A stretch of 64,000 bases of DNA from a bacterium (lineage in GTDB: Bacteria; Electryoneota; Electryoneia; Electryoneales; Electryoneaceae): NCBI GenBank assembly GCA_963675295.2, contig CAXXKJ010000002.1:736001-800000 (forward strand). Reading direction: 5' to 3'. Shown here piece by piece: positions 9,174-18,200 of the stretch. Below the pieces are notes generated by a model. The model was not told the origin of the DNA. It ran no database searches and saw only the letters and a program-made list of their open reading frames with translations. The first letter of the stretch is position 1. The number at the start of each line of letters is the position of its first letter. Both the position numbers and the translations under genes were made by a program.

Positions 9174-11288
9174 ATGGAACGTTTTCGTCGCATAGCCCTG
9201 TTGCTTCTGCTGCCCGGACTGCTGCTCCTGTCTGTTGGGTGCGAAGAGGATGATGGCCCCACCGGCACGGATGATGATGCACCGAAGGGGACCAAAGTCT
9301 CAGGCACAATTTCCGGCAGCATCAGTGGCGTGTACACAATCGATGACACGGTGACCGTCGAAGCGGGTGACAAGCTGACGATCGCCGCTGGCACTGAGAT
9401 TTATTTCATGCCGGGCGCGGCTCTGCATGTTGAAGGTGAAATTCAGGCTGTCGGTACAGAGACGGACTGGATCACGTTCACGTCTGTCCGTTCCAACCCG
9501 GACCGTGGTGACTGGAACGGGATTCGCCTGATCGGGGCGGATGACAATTCGATGTTTGAATACGTGCACGTGCTGTATGGCGCGAAGTACGATTTGCGCA
9601 CCGATACCACGCGTTTCCGCTACGATTCCGACACTGGCAAGCGTGCGGTGCCGGAATTTGACGTGATGCGTGGTGCGATCACCATTCGCAATTGTTCGCC
9701 GACGGTTCGGCGCAGCATCATCGAGCTTGGCGGGTATGATGGCATTCACATCGTGGGTAACTCGCAGGCGGTGATTGAGCACAACACGATCGTGCAGAAC
9801 GCGTTCAACGGCATCCATGTGGAACCGGACTGGGGTCTGGTTGACAAGGAAGAAGGTGCTGACGATCCGCTGGGCGATGTGTACGCCAACCTGGCGCAGT
9901 CGAAAATCCACAACAACATCATTGTGGAGAACGACGACGCTGGTATCCGCATGCCGCAGGATGAGGCGCTGTACATCAACGGCCTCATTCCTGAGGTGAT
10001 GTACAACGATATCTGGAACAATGCATCGCTGGCGTATGTTCCGCCGGACTGGGTTAGCCCGTCCACGCCGAACTACGCGGATGTGAGCACGAACATCCAG
10101 ATGGATCCGGTGTTTGAGGATCTGGAATCCAGCGATTACGATCTGCATCCGTGCAGCAACGTGGTCGACAAGGCGGACCCGTCGATGACGGACGCGGACG
10201 GAACGCGTTCTGATATCGGCGCTCTCCCGCTGTACCAGGGTCCGTATGATCTGGCGAAGCGCCTCGTAAACGACAACGTGTACAACAAGTTGAATCTCGA
10301 GGCGGGCGAGGTGTATTACGTCCGTTGCAATGCGTGGGTCGGGGAAGACGATGTCCTGACGATTGGTCCGGGCACGATTCTCGCATTCACGGGTCCGTAT
10401 TCGTTGTACCTGCATGGCGGGTTTGAGATCAGTGGTGCGGCCGGCAACGAGGTCGTGTTTACCTCGGCGTATGACGAGCCGGGTCCTGCTGATTGGCGCC
10501 AGATCGTGATCGACGAAGCGCCGGAAACCTCCTTCATGGAGCACGTGATCATCGAATACGCTTCGTTGGACAACCGGTCGACGCCGTCTCCGGACACTCT
10601 TGGTGCGTTATCGATCCTGGCGAGTTCGCCGCGGATTGAGAACGTGACTGTTCGCGAATCCTTCTATGCCGGTGTGTACTGTTACAACGGCTCGAACCCG
10701 ATCCTGAGCAACATTCAGGTTGAGAATGTTGGCTACCACGGGATCATCTGCTACCTGAACAGCAGCCCGACGATTACGCAGACGACGGTGACCGGTACCG
10801 GTGGCTACGGCATTCAGTGTGTGAGCAATTCGAATCCGCACATTGAAAATGTGCTGCTGTATGACTTGGGCGCGTCCGCGTTCTTCGTGACCGAGTTGTC
10901 GTCGCCGACGATCAATTATGCAACGGTGTACGGGTTGCGTTCGATCGTCATTGGTGATGAGGATCCGACGCAGAAGCGGTTTGCCCATTCATTGTATGCA
11001 CGCAACTTCAGCCGGCCGGTAGTCTCCAACTCCATCTTTGCAGTGTACAATGCTTCCGGTGTCCTGTCTGAAGTTTCATCTTCGCCGGAGCTTCGGTACA
11101 CATACGTGTTTACGGACAACGGCATAGATCCGTGGGTTGGCAATGTGCTGACCGAGTCCGTGTCCACGGATGAGCTGGAGTTTGTTGACGCCGCGGGGGC
11201 CGACTTCCGGCTGCCGAACGGAAGCGACGGCAAGACCGCTGCTGAAGACGGGGGAGAAGTGGGTGCGTACGGTGGAAACGGGATGTGA
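9174..11288 (+). CDS. Lipoprotein with two right-handed parallel beta-helix modules
   Basis: Lipobox LLSVGC. Repeated module LTI.AGT...F...G....G.....I.FTS....P..GDW..I followed by GI.C...SSP.I repeats. C-terminal GAYGG. Confidence 0.82.
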   Translation: MERFRRIALLLLLPGLLLLSVGCEEDDGPTGTDDDAPKGTKVSGTISGSISGVYTIDDTVTVEAGDKLTIAAGTEIYFMPGAALHVEGEIQAVGTETDWITFTSVRSNPDRGDWNGIRLIGADDNSMFEYVHVLYGAKYDLRTDTTRFRYDSDTGKRAVPEFDVMRGAITIRNCSPTVRRSIIELGGYDGIHIVGNSQAVIEHNTIVQNAFNGIHVEPDWGLVDKEEGADDPLGDVYANLAQSKIHNNIIVENDDAGIRMPQDEALYINGLIPEVMYNDIWNNASLAYVPPDWVSPSTPNYADVSTNIQMDPVFEDLESSDYDLHPCSNVVDKADPSMTDADGTRSDIGALPLYQGPYDLAKRLVNDNVYNKLNLEAGEVYYVRCNAWVGEDDVLTIGPGTILAFTGPYSLYLHGGFEISGAAGNEVVFTSAYDEPGPADWRQIVIDEAPETSFMEHVIIEYASLDNRSTPSPDTLGALSILASSPRIENVTVRESFYAGVYCYNGSNPILSNIQVENVGYHGIICYLNSSPTITQTTVTGTGGYGIQCVSNSNPHIENVLLYDLGASAFFVTELSSPTINYATVYGLRSIVIGDEDPTQKRFAHSLYARNFSRPVVSNSIFAVYNASGVLSEVSSSPELRYTYVFTDNGIDPWVGNVLTESVSTDELEFVDAAGADFRLPNGSDGKTAAEDGGEVGAYGGNGM

Positions 11289-11322
11289 TTACGATCGTCC
11301 ATTTCTAGATACAGGTGGTACT

Positions 11323-14151
11323 ATGGTGCGAACAGGACGTAAACGAGTGGAAGGGATCGCGGCGGTACTGGTGATCCTGTTGCTTGGGGCGCTGACAGTG
11401 GCCGACGCTCGTTATGACTCATCGTATTACGATGATGATCAGGCGTTGCGGAAGGGCCCGCGGCGGACCGCGGCAGATTTCATTGATGAAGAGAACCGGG
11501 TTGTGGATGTCGGTCTGTTGTGGATGAACATCACCAACTTTGGTTATTTCGGCAACGATGGCCCGGGCCGGTCGACCCGTCTGGATGATCCGTGCACGGA
11601 TGACTGGGCACCGCAGGCAGAGTATCCGGGTGGATCCGGCGTCCAGTACCTGTATCGCGGTGGCCTTTGGGTTGGCGCGATGATTCAGGAAGAGGGCTTC
11701 GAATATCCGCGTGTGTCGGTGGGTACGGAAGGCTGGCAGGGCGACGAAGAGCTCAATCCGACGTCTCCAATTGAGGAACGCTCGACTCGTTCCAACGCCT
11801 ACAACTGCCTTGGTGAGTTCGTTTCCCATCCGGATGCGGTTTCGGAGCAGGACTTCATCGCGTCCTATTCGGACACGACCAAAGTCTTGCCCGGCGGTGA
11901 CGTTGTGGACCATCCGTATGATGGCGCGCACATTCCGCTCGGCGTCGAGATCACGCAGAAGACCTATGCATGGTCGTACAACTACGCGCAGGACTTCATC
12001 ATCATCGACTACGAGATCGAGAACATTGCGGACAAGTTCCTGAAGAACTTGTACATCGGTCTTTTTGTTGATGCGGACGTTGGTCTTTACGCGAACAACA
12101 ACCACTACGAAGACGATATCTGCGGCTTCACGAGTACGTTCGAATACTCCCCGCCGGGATCGAATGATACGGACACGCTGACGATTAACACGGCATGGAT
12201 TGCGGACAACGACGGCCGTCCGAACGGCGTCTCCAGTGGTACGCAGTTCTCCTGCCCGGACATCACCGGCAGTCGTGTTGTACGCGCACCGAACCCGAAG
12301 CTGCGTACCTCCTTCAACTGGTGGATCTCCAACGGTGAAGATCCGACGAACAAAGACTTCGGTCCGTCGTGGGAAGATGACGGCGCTCCGGGTGGCTGGA
12401 CGAGTCGTCTCGGTACGCCGGTGACGGATGCGGACAAGTACTTCGTGCTGTCCAACCGTGAGTTCGACTACGACCAGATCCATGTGGACGATCCGGATTA
12501 CCTCACAAATCATCCACAACAGTTCAGAGATCGTTTTACAAACGAGCTTCTGGAAGAGCATTTCTGGAAAGATCCGGACGTGGATGATCCGGGTGATCTC
12601 GCGGACGGGTACGACACCCGATACATGATTTCCTGGGGTCCGTTGGGCATTTACGACTACACGGACGAATCCGGTAACCAGATCTACCGTTTGAACCCGG
12701 GTGAAAAGTTCTCGATGACGGTTGCCTATGTTGCCGGCGCCGGCTTCCACGATAAGAACAACCCGCAGATTACCGATACCAACATCGATGAGACGAAGTT
12801 CAATTTTGCTGATTTCCAGTACAATGCCGACTGGGCCGCGAAGGTGTATGACAACCCGATGGTTGACACCTTCATGCGTCCGGGCACCGCGATTCCGATG
12901 GCGGAAGCAGATGGTGGTACCCAGGACAACTGGTTTGGTGAAGACGTTGGTACCGACCAGGTTTACCTCCCGGCCGACTCTGTAGGTAAGTCGGTGACCT
13001 TCTGGGATCCTGCACAGGGTATTTATATCACCTTGACCTACACCGGTCCGGACGAAGACGGAACCGAGCTTGACGGCCGTCTGCAGGCTGCGGAAGACGT
13101 CGCGCCGCGTCCGGAGCTGTTTGACTACACGTTTGCCAACAGCCTGTTCGATCAGGGTGACGGTGTGCCGGACTTCCAGGGTCCGCCGCCGCCGCCGACG
13201 CCGGATCTCAGCTACCGCGCTGAGGACAATGATCTGATCCTGCAGTGGAACTCGATGCCGTCCGAAGATCCGGAATACGAAGACGCCTTCAGCCGTCAGC
13301 AGGACTTCGAGGGTTACCGCGTCTACGTATCGAACACGGGTCAGGAAACGGAGTTCAGCTTCGTCGCCGAATTCGACCGGATCGACTATTCCTTCTACAC
13401 CTCGAACGACTCGTTGTTGGACAGCACGTACTACCAGGACGAGATCGAATTGTACGAGTGGACGCCGTACGTCACCACTCGTGAGTTTGATGGCGTAGTC
13501 GGTACACTGAAGCCGGTGGGTCTGAACCTTGGTATCGCGGACAACGCGGAACTGACTTCGTGGATGGAAGGCGATATCCGGTACTACGAGTACCGCATCA
13601 AGGACACCAACCCGATGATTCCGCGCTACTACGCGGTGACGGCGTATGACTACGGCGATTACCGGTCGGGCACGGAGCCGTTGGAAAGTGCGAAGACGGC
13701 GAACGCCGTGTACGCCGCGCCGAATGGCTCGGATCGCAAGAAGCCGGGCGTGGTGCCGAATCCGTATCGAGCGGACGAGGACTACACGCGCCAGTATTTG
13801 CGTCTTGCGTATTCGGATGACGACGAGACATCGGTGTCGTGGGAAAATCGTGATGACGGCACGGCGGGTTATTTCCCGCAAACGGACCGTCGCATCTACT
13901 TCTACAACCTTCCGACAGAATGCTTGATTCGAATCTTCACGGTCAGTGGTGACCTGGTTGATATCATCAAGCATGAGGCGGGCGCACCGAACGATCTGTC
14001 CCGTTGGAGCGCGCCGCACGCCGCTGCGTGGGATTTGAACAGCCGAAACCAGCAGCAGGTCGTGTCGGGTCTGTATTTCTTCAGTGTTGAAGACATGACG
14101 GAAGAAGGCAAGGGACATATCGATGTCGGCAAATTTGTCATCATCCGGTAA
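11323..14151 (+). CDS. Large secreted protein with FN3-like region and PNPY-type C-terminal sorting-like domain
   Basis: Signal peptide; LWMNITNFGYFG, AEYPGGSGVQYLYRGGLWVGA, DFEGYRVY, YYAVTAYD; tail VVPNPY..IYFYNLP..CLIRIFTVSGDLV..WDL..VSGLYFFSVE..GKFVIIR. Confidence 0.8.
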   Translation: MVRTGRKRVEGIAAVLVILLLGALTVADARYDSSYYDDDQALRKGPRRTAADFIDEENRVVDVGLLWMNITNFGYFGNDGPGRSTRLDDPCTDDWAPQAEYPGGSGVQYLYRGGLWVGAMIQEEGFEYPRVSVGTEGWQGDEELNPTSPIEERSTRSNAYNCLGEFVSHPDAVSEQDFIASYSDTTKVLPGGDVVDHPYDGAHIPLGVEITQKTYAWSYNYAQDFIIIDYEIENIADKFLKNLYIGLFVDADVGLYANNNHYEDDICGFTSTFEYSPPGSNDTDTLTINTAWIADNDGRPNGVSSGTQFSCPDITGSRVVRAPNPKLRTSFNWWISNGEDPTNKDFGPSWEDDGAPGGWTSRLGTPVTDADKYFVLSNREFDYDQIHVDDPDYLTNHPQQFRDRFTNELLEEHFWKDPDVDDPGDLADGYDTRYMISWGPLGIYDYTDESGNQIYRLNPGEKFSMTVAYVAGAGFHDKNNPQITDTNIDETKFNFADFQYNADWAAKVYDNPMVDTFMRPGTAIPMAEADGGTQDNWFGEDVGTDQVYLPADSVGKSVTFWDPAQGIYITLTYTGPDEDGTELDGRLQAAEDVAPRPELFDYTFANSLFDQGDGVPDFQGPPPPPTPDLSYRAEDNDLILQWNSMPSEDPEYEDAFSRQQDFEGYRVYVSNTGQETEFSFVAEFDRIDYSFYTSNDSLLDSTYYQDEIELYEWTPYVTTREFDGVVGTLKPVGLNLGIADNAELTSWMEGDIRYYEYRIKDTNPMIPRYYAVTAYDYGDYRSGTEPLESAKTANAVYAAPNGSDRKKPGVVPNPYRADEDYTRQYLRLAYSDDDETSVSWENRDDGTAGYFPQTDRRIYFYNLPTECLIRIFTVSGDLVDIIKHEAGAPNDLSRWSAPHAAAWDLNSRNQQQVVSGLYFFSVEDMTEEGKGHIDVGKFVIIR

Positions 14152-14164
14152 GCGAGGTGCGAAC

Positions 14165-15184
14165 ATGATCTGGAAAAAGCTTCTTCTTGTTGCTCTGGCG
14201 TTCGCATTGGTCGTGCCCGGATGGGTTTCGGCCCAGGAGAAGGTTGGCACGACGGGTGTCAACTTCCTGAAGATCGGTCCGTCCTCCCGCGGTGTTGCGT
14301 TGGCGGATGCGTTTTTGCCGATCGCGGACGACGCGTCTACCCTGTGGTATAACCCGGGCGGCCTGATTAACGTGCGCAGCCAGCAGATGATCTTTTCACA
14401 TGTTGCCTTTCCGGCGGATGTGAACTATGAGTACATCGGCTACGTGCATCCGTTGCCCGCGATGGGCGCGGCGGTTGGTGTGCAGGCGTTTGGTCTGTAC
14501 ACGGACGACATGACTGAAACAACGCCAACGCATCCGTTTGGCACGGGCCGGACGTTCATGGCGTCTGACTTTGCTGCGGGTGTGAGCTATGCGCAGAGTC
14601 TGACGGACAAGTTCTCGGTCGGAACGACGATCAAGTTTTTGCAGGAAAATCTTGCGGACGAAGTGGCGCGCGGTTGGTCGGTGGACGTGGGCACGTACTA
14701 CGACACCGGTTGGCGGTCGCTGACGTTGGCGATGATCATCACGAACTTCGGTCCAGACATGGAGTTCATCAGCACGCCGTTCCCGATGCCGATTGTGTTC
14801 AAGTTCGGTGGCGCGATGAATATCTGGAAGAATGAAGAAAACCGGCTGACCATGGCGCTTGAAGGTATTCACCCGAACGACAACCGTGAAGAGTTGCACA
14901 TCGGGCTTGAATACGCGTTCAAGGAGATCGGTTTCCTTCGTCTCGGCAAGAAGTACAACGGCTGGCAACGCAGTACGTACGAAGAGTTCGAGGAAGATCC
15001 CGAGACGTACAACCCGTTCCTCGAGTATCCGGTGTTGGATGAGGACGGTCTTTCGTTTGACGGGATCAGCTTCGGTGGTGGCTTGCGTTTCCCGGGTATC
15101 GACCTGACGGTGGACTATGCGTACACCAATTGGGGCTATTTCGGGGACATTCACCGTTTCAGCCTGTTGTATTCATTTCGCTAA
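14165..15184 (+). CDS. PorV/PorQ-family outer-membrane beta-barrel protein
   Basis: KVGTTGVNFLKIGPSSRGVALADAF..ADDASTLWYNPGGL at the N-terminus; VDYAY...GDIHRFSL at the C-terminus. Confidence 0.9.
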   Translation: MIWKKLLLVALAFALVVPGWVSAQEKVGTTGVNFLKIGPSSRGVALADAFLPIADDASTLWYNPGGLINVRSQQMIFSHVAFPADVNYEYIGYVHPLPAMGAAVGVQAFGLYTDDMTETTPTHPFGTGRTFMASDFAAGVSYAQSLTDKFSVGTTIKFLQENLADEVARGWSVDVGTYYDTGWRSLTLAMIITNFGPDMEFISTPFPMPIVFKFGGAMNIWKNEENRLTMALEGIHPNDNREELHIGLEYAFKEIGFLRLGKKYNGWQRSTYEEFEEDPETYNPFLEYPVLDEDGLSFDGISFGGGLRFPGIDLTVDYAYTNWGYFGDIHRFSLLYSFR

Positions 15185-15262
15185 TGGCGGCTCTCGGCGT
15201 CTGGATCAGTAGTCGGGAATCGATGAAGATGTATGCAGCTGTAACAAGGACGGGGTGAAATC

Positions 15263-18200
15263 GTGCGTCAATTCACCAAAGGGTTTGCAGGGATCCTGTT
15301 GCTGACACTGTTGTTCATGGTGTCATCTCCGGCGCTGGCGGCCACGGAGTTTGGTGGCGTCATCGACGAAACGACAACATGGACTCTGCAGGACAACGAC
15401 ACGATCAAGGTCGTGGACGACGTGACTGTCGCGGAAGGTGTGACCCTGACGATTGAGCCTGGAGTTGTGGTTGAGTTCCAGGGTCCATATCAGTTCCGCG
15501 TGGAAGGCGTGTTACGCGCCGTCGGTTCGATACGAGAAGATCGTGCGGAGAATGAGCGTCTGATTCCGTGGAATGAGGAAGACGTGCAGTGGATTACGTT
15601 CACGCACGACACCACGGGCATGGGCGCGATGGCTCCTGAGATTTGGGCCGAGGTCAACAAGGACCGTCTCTGGAAGGGTCTGCGCTTTAGTGAATCAGAG
15701 GGTGGTTCGAAGCTTCAGTATGTGATCGTTGAGTACGGTCATGCGGGTGGCTGGTCGCGCAAGATGCTGGCGACCGATCTCGACCCGATGGAACAGGTTG
15801 AAACCATCGACGCCGGAAATGACGGTACGGTCGACTTGCTGACCGTGGGTGCCTCTGGCGATCTGTACCTCTGGAGCAGCCCGGACGGAATCTGGGAAGC
15901 GGAAGAGATTGCTTCCTTTGCGTCAACGGTTTCGGACGTCGCTGTCATGGACATGGATGGCGACGGAGACCAGGACATTGTCGGGTCGGTTCGTGGTGAC
16001 GGATTGGTTTTCTGGTTGGAACAGGACGGGAATTCGTGGAACGAGCGGACCGTTGATTCCAGCGCGGGAGACGTGATCGGTGTTGCTGTCGGCGACTTTG
16101 ACAATGACGAAGACTACGACATCAGCGCCATTACCGAGGCGGACAGCTCGTTGACCTGGTATGAAAATACCGGCAACGGGTGGAACGCTGAAGTTCTGGC
16201 TCAGCAGCTGTTCCAGCCGGTCCACATCAGCGCTGGTAACATTGACTGGGAGAACGGTGACGATATCGTTCTGGCGATCATCGATCCGGAAGACGTCGAT
16301 AATTTCGAACACAATTTCGTCTACTATAGGTACGACGGTAGTACGTGGGCGGAATTGGAGATCCACAGCGGGGATGATCCGGCAGACCAGATGTACGTCA
16401 TCGACATGAACGGTGATGGGGACGACGACGTTTTCGTTTCCACCGCCGAAGGCGATGAACTGTATTACTGGGTTCGTACGCTGGAGTACGACAACAACAA
16501 CAATCCTATTGAATCATGGGATGACGAGACCATCAAGAGCCGCCTTGCTCGTCTCACGGCAGCCTGGCCGGCCCGGATTCCGGGCGAGGCGATGGCCAGT
16601 GTACTGGCGGTGGAAGGCGACACGCTGAACGTGTGGAGCCGGCCGAGCAACAACTGGGTCAGCCGTCAGGTGACAGGGAACATCCCCGCGGACACCAGGG
16701 CAGTGTTTGCCGATCTGGACGGGGACGCGACTCCGGACATTGTGGGCTACTCCGCTGAAACGGCCGAGCTGGTTCGTTGGATGGATCGCAACCAGTGGCC
16801 GGACAACAACGGTGGTGGTGTGTTGGTCCGTGCGGTATCGGTGACGATGGAGAACATAGTCGTCCGCTATTGCCGCGCCAACAACTTCGGTGGCGGTGTG
16901 TTCCTGTGGTCGTCGGCGTCAACGTTCCGCAACAACGTTGTCGCGCATTGCTACGCGGAGGATTCCGGCGGCGGGATTTATCTCGACCAGTCGGCGAATC
17001 TTGAGTTCCGGAACCTGACCCTTGTGGACAACCAAAGCCGTCTGTACGGTGCCGGCATCTTCTTTGGTGCGAACACAGATCCGTTGATCCGTTCCAGTAT
17101 CTTCGTTGACAACTTCAGAGTTGGCAAGGATGAAGATGATTCGCCGTTCTTCTCGATCACTCCGGTTGATTTCCGTTATGGTATCAGCACGGAGCTTGAC
17201 GAGTTAGATCAGGGCGACCTGATTTACCCGCGCGGAACACAGAACTTTGCCGACCTTACATTCTTTACGGAATCCGACAGTTCACGCGCCGTGGATACCG
17301 GTCCGTCTGATGATGGCCGCTGGGTGAATGAGCCGGTTCCGAACGGTGGTCCGTTGGGCGACCGCATCAACCTCGGTGCCTGGGGCGGGACGCCGTTCGC
17401 GGCGAAGTCGTTGCCGGTGGTTTCATACCCGACGCTTGATGATACGGCGACATTTGCCAGCACGACCGCGTTGGGTGATACATCCCTGGCGACTGTCACG
17501 ATCAAGAACATCGGTGCTGGTCTGCTCACCATCCGGTATGACAGCCTTGCGTTCAAAGAAGACGATGGCCGTCCGCAGGATGAGTGGCTGGAAGCGCGAG
17601 ATGACTGGTCGATTCCGCGCTTTGATTCGTTCACGCTTCGTCCGGACAGTCTCGGTACGTTCGATGTGACGTATCATCCGAACGACACCGAAGGAGTGAT
17701 GAACGAGAATTACCAGGTTCGGGATTACATCTATCTGAATCTGGCAACCCAGGGCGGCAGGCTGACGTACCGGCTGCAGAGCTTTGTCGTCAATCCCGCC
17801 CAGGTGTTGACTGTTGATACGCTTGATTTCGGCAATGTGTACTTCACGTCGCCGGAAACGTTGTACGTGGATGTCGCCAATGAAGGTACGACGCCGATCA
17901 GTGCGTTGAGCTTCAAGTTCCCGAACGACGGATTCGAAGCAGGAGATTACACGACGCCGATCAATCCGGATACGACGGTCTCAGTGCCGATCGTTGCCAA
18001 TCCGGTGTTCAAGGGCAGTTTCGGCGGTACGGCATCGATCAGTTCCGGTAGCCGGACGCATACCTTCCAGGTTGTTGCCAGTGCCCAGGGTCCGGTTGCG
18101 TTCCTTCCGGACTATGTCGGTGGTAACCAGAACGCGGAAGACAACGTGCTGGACTTCGCCTATCTGAATCTGGGCGATACACAGTCTCGAACGATCGAGG

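Noticed and set aside
11419-14262. 947-aa antisense ORF, and similar long antisense ORFs at 3637..4797, 5224..7266, 7534..8973 and 9300..10544
   Set aside because: These are shadow frames of strongly codon-biased, GC-rich sense genes. They are V/R-rich with no motifs, and the sense genes have clear family signatures.
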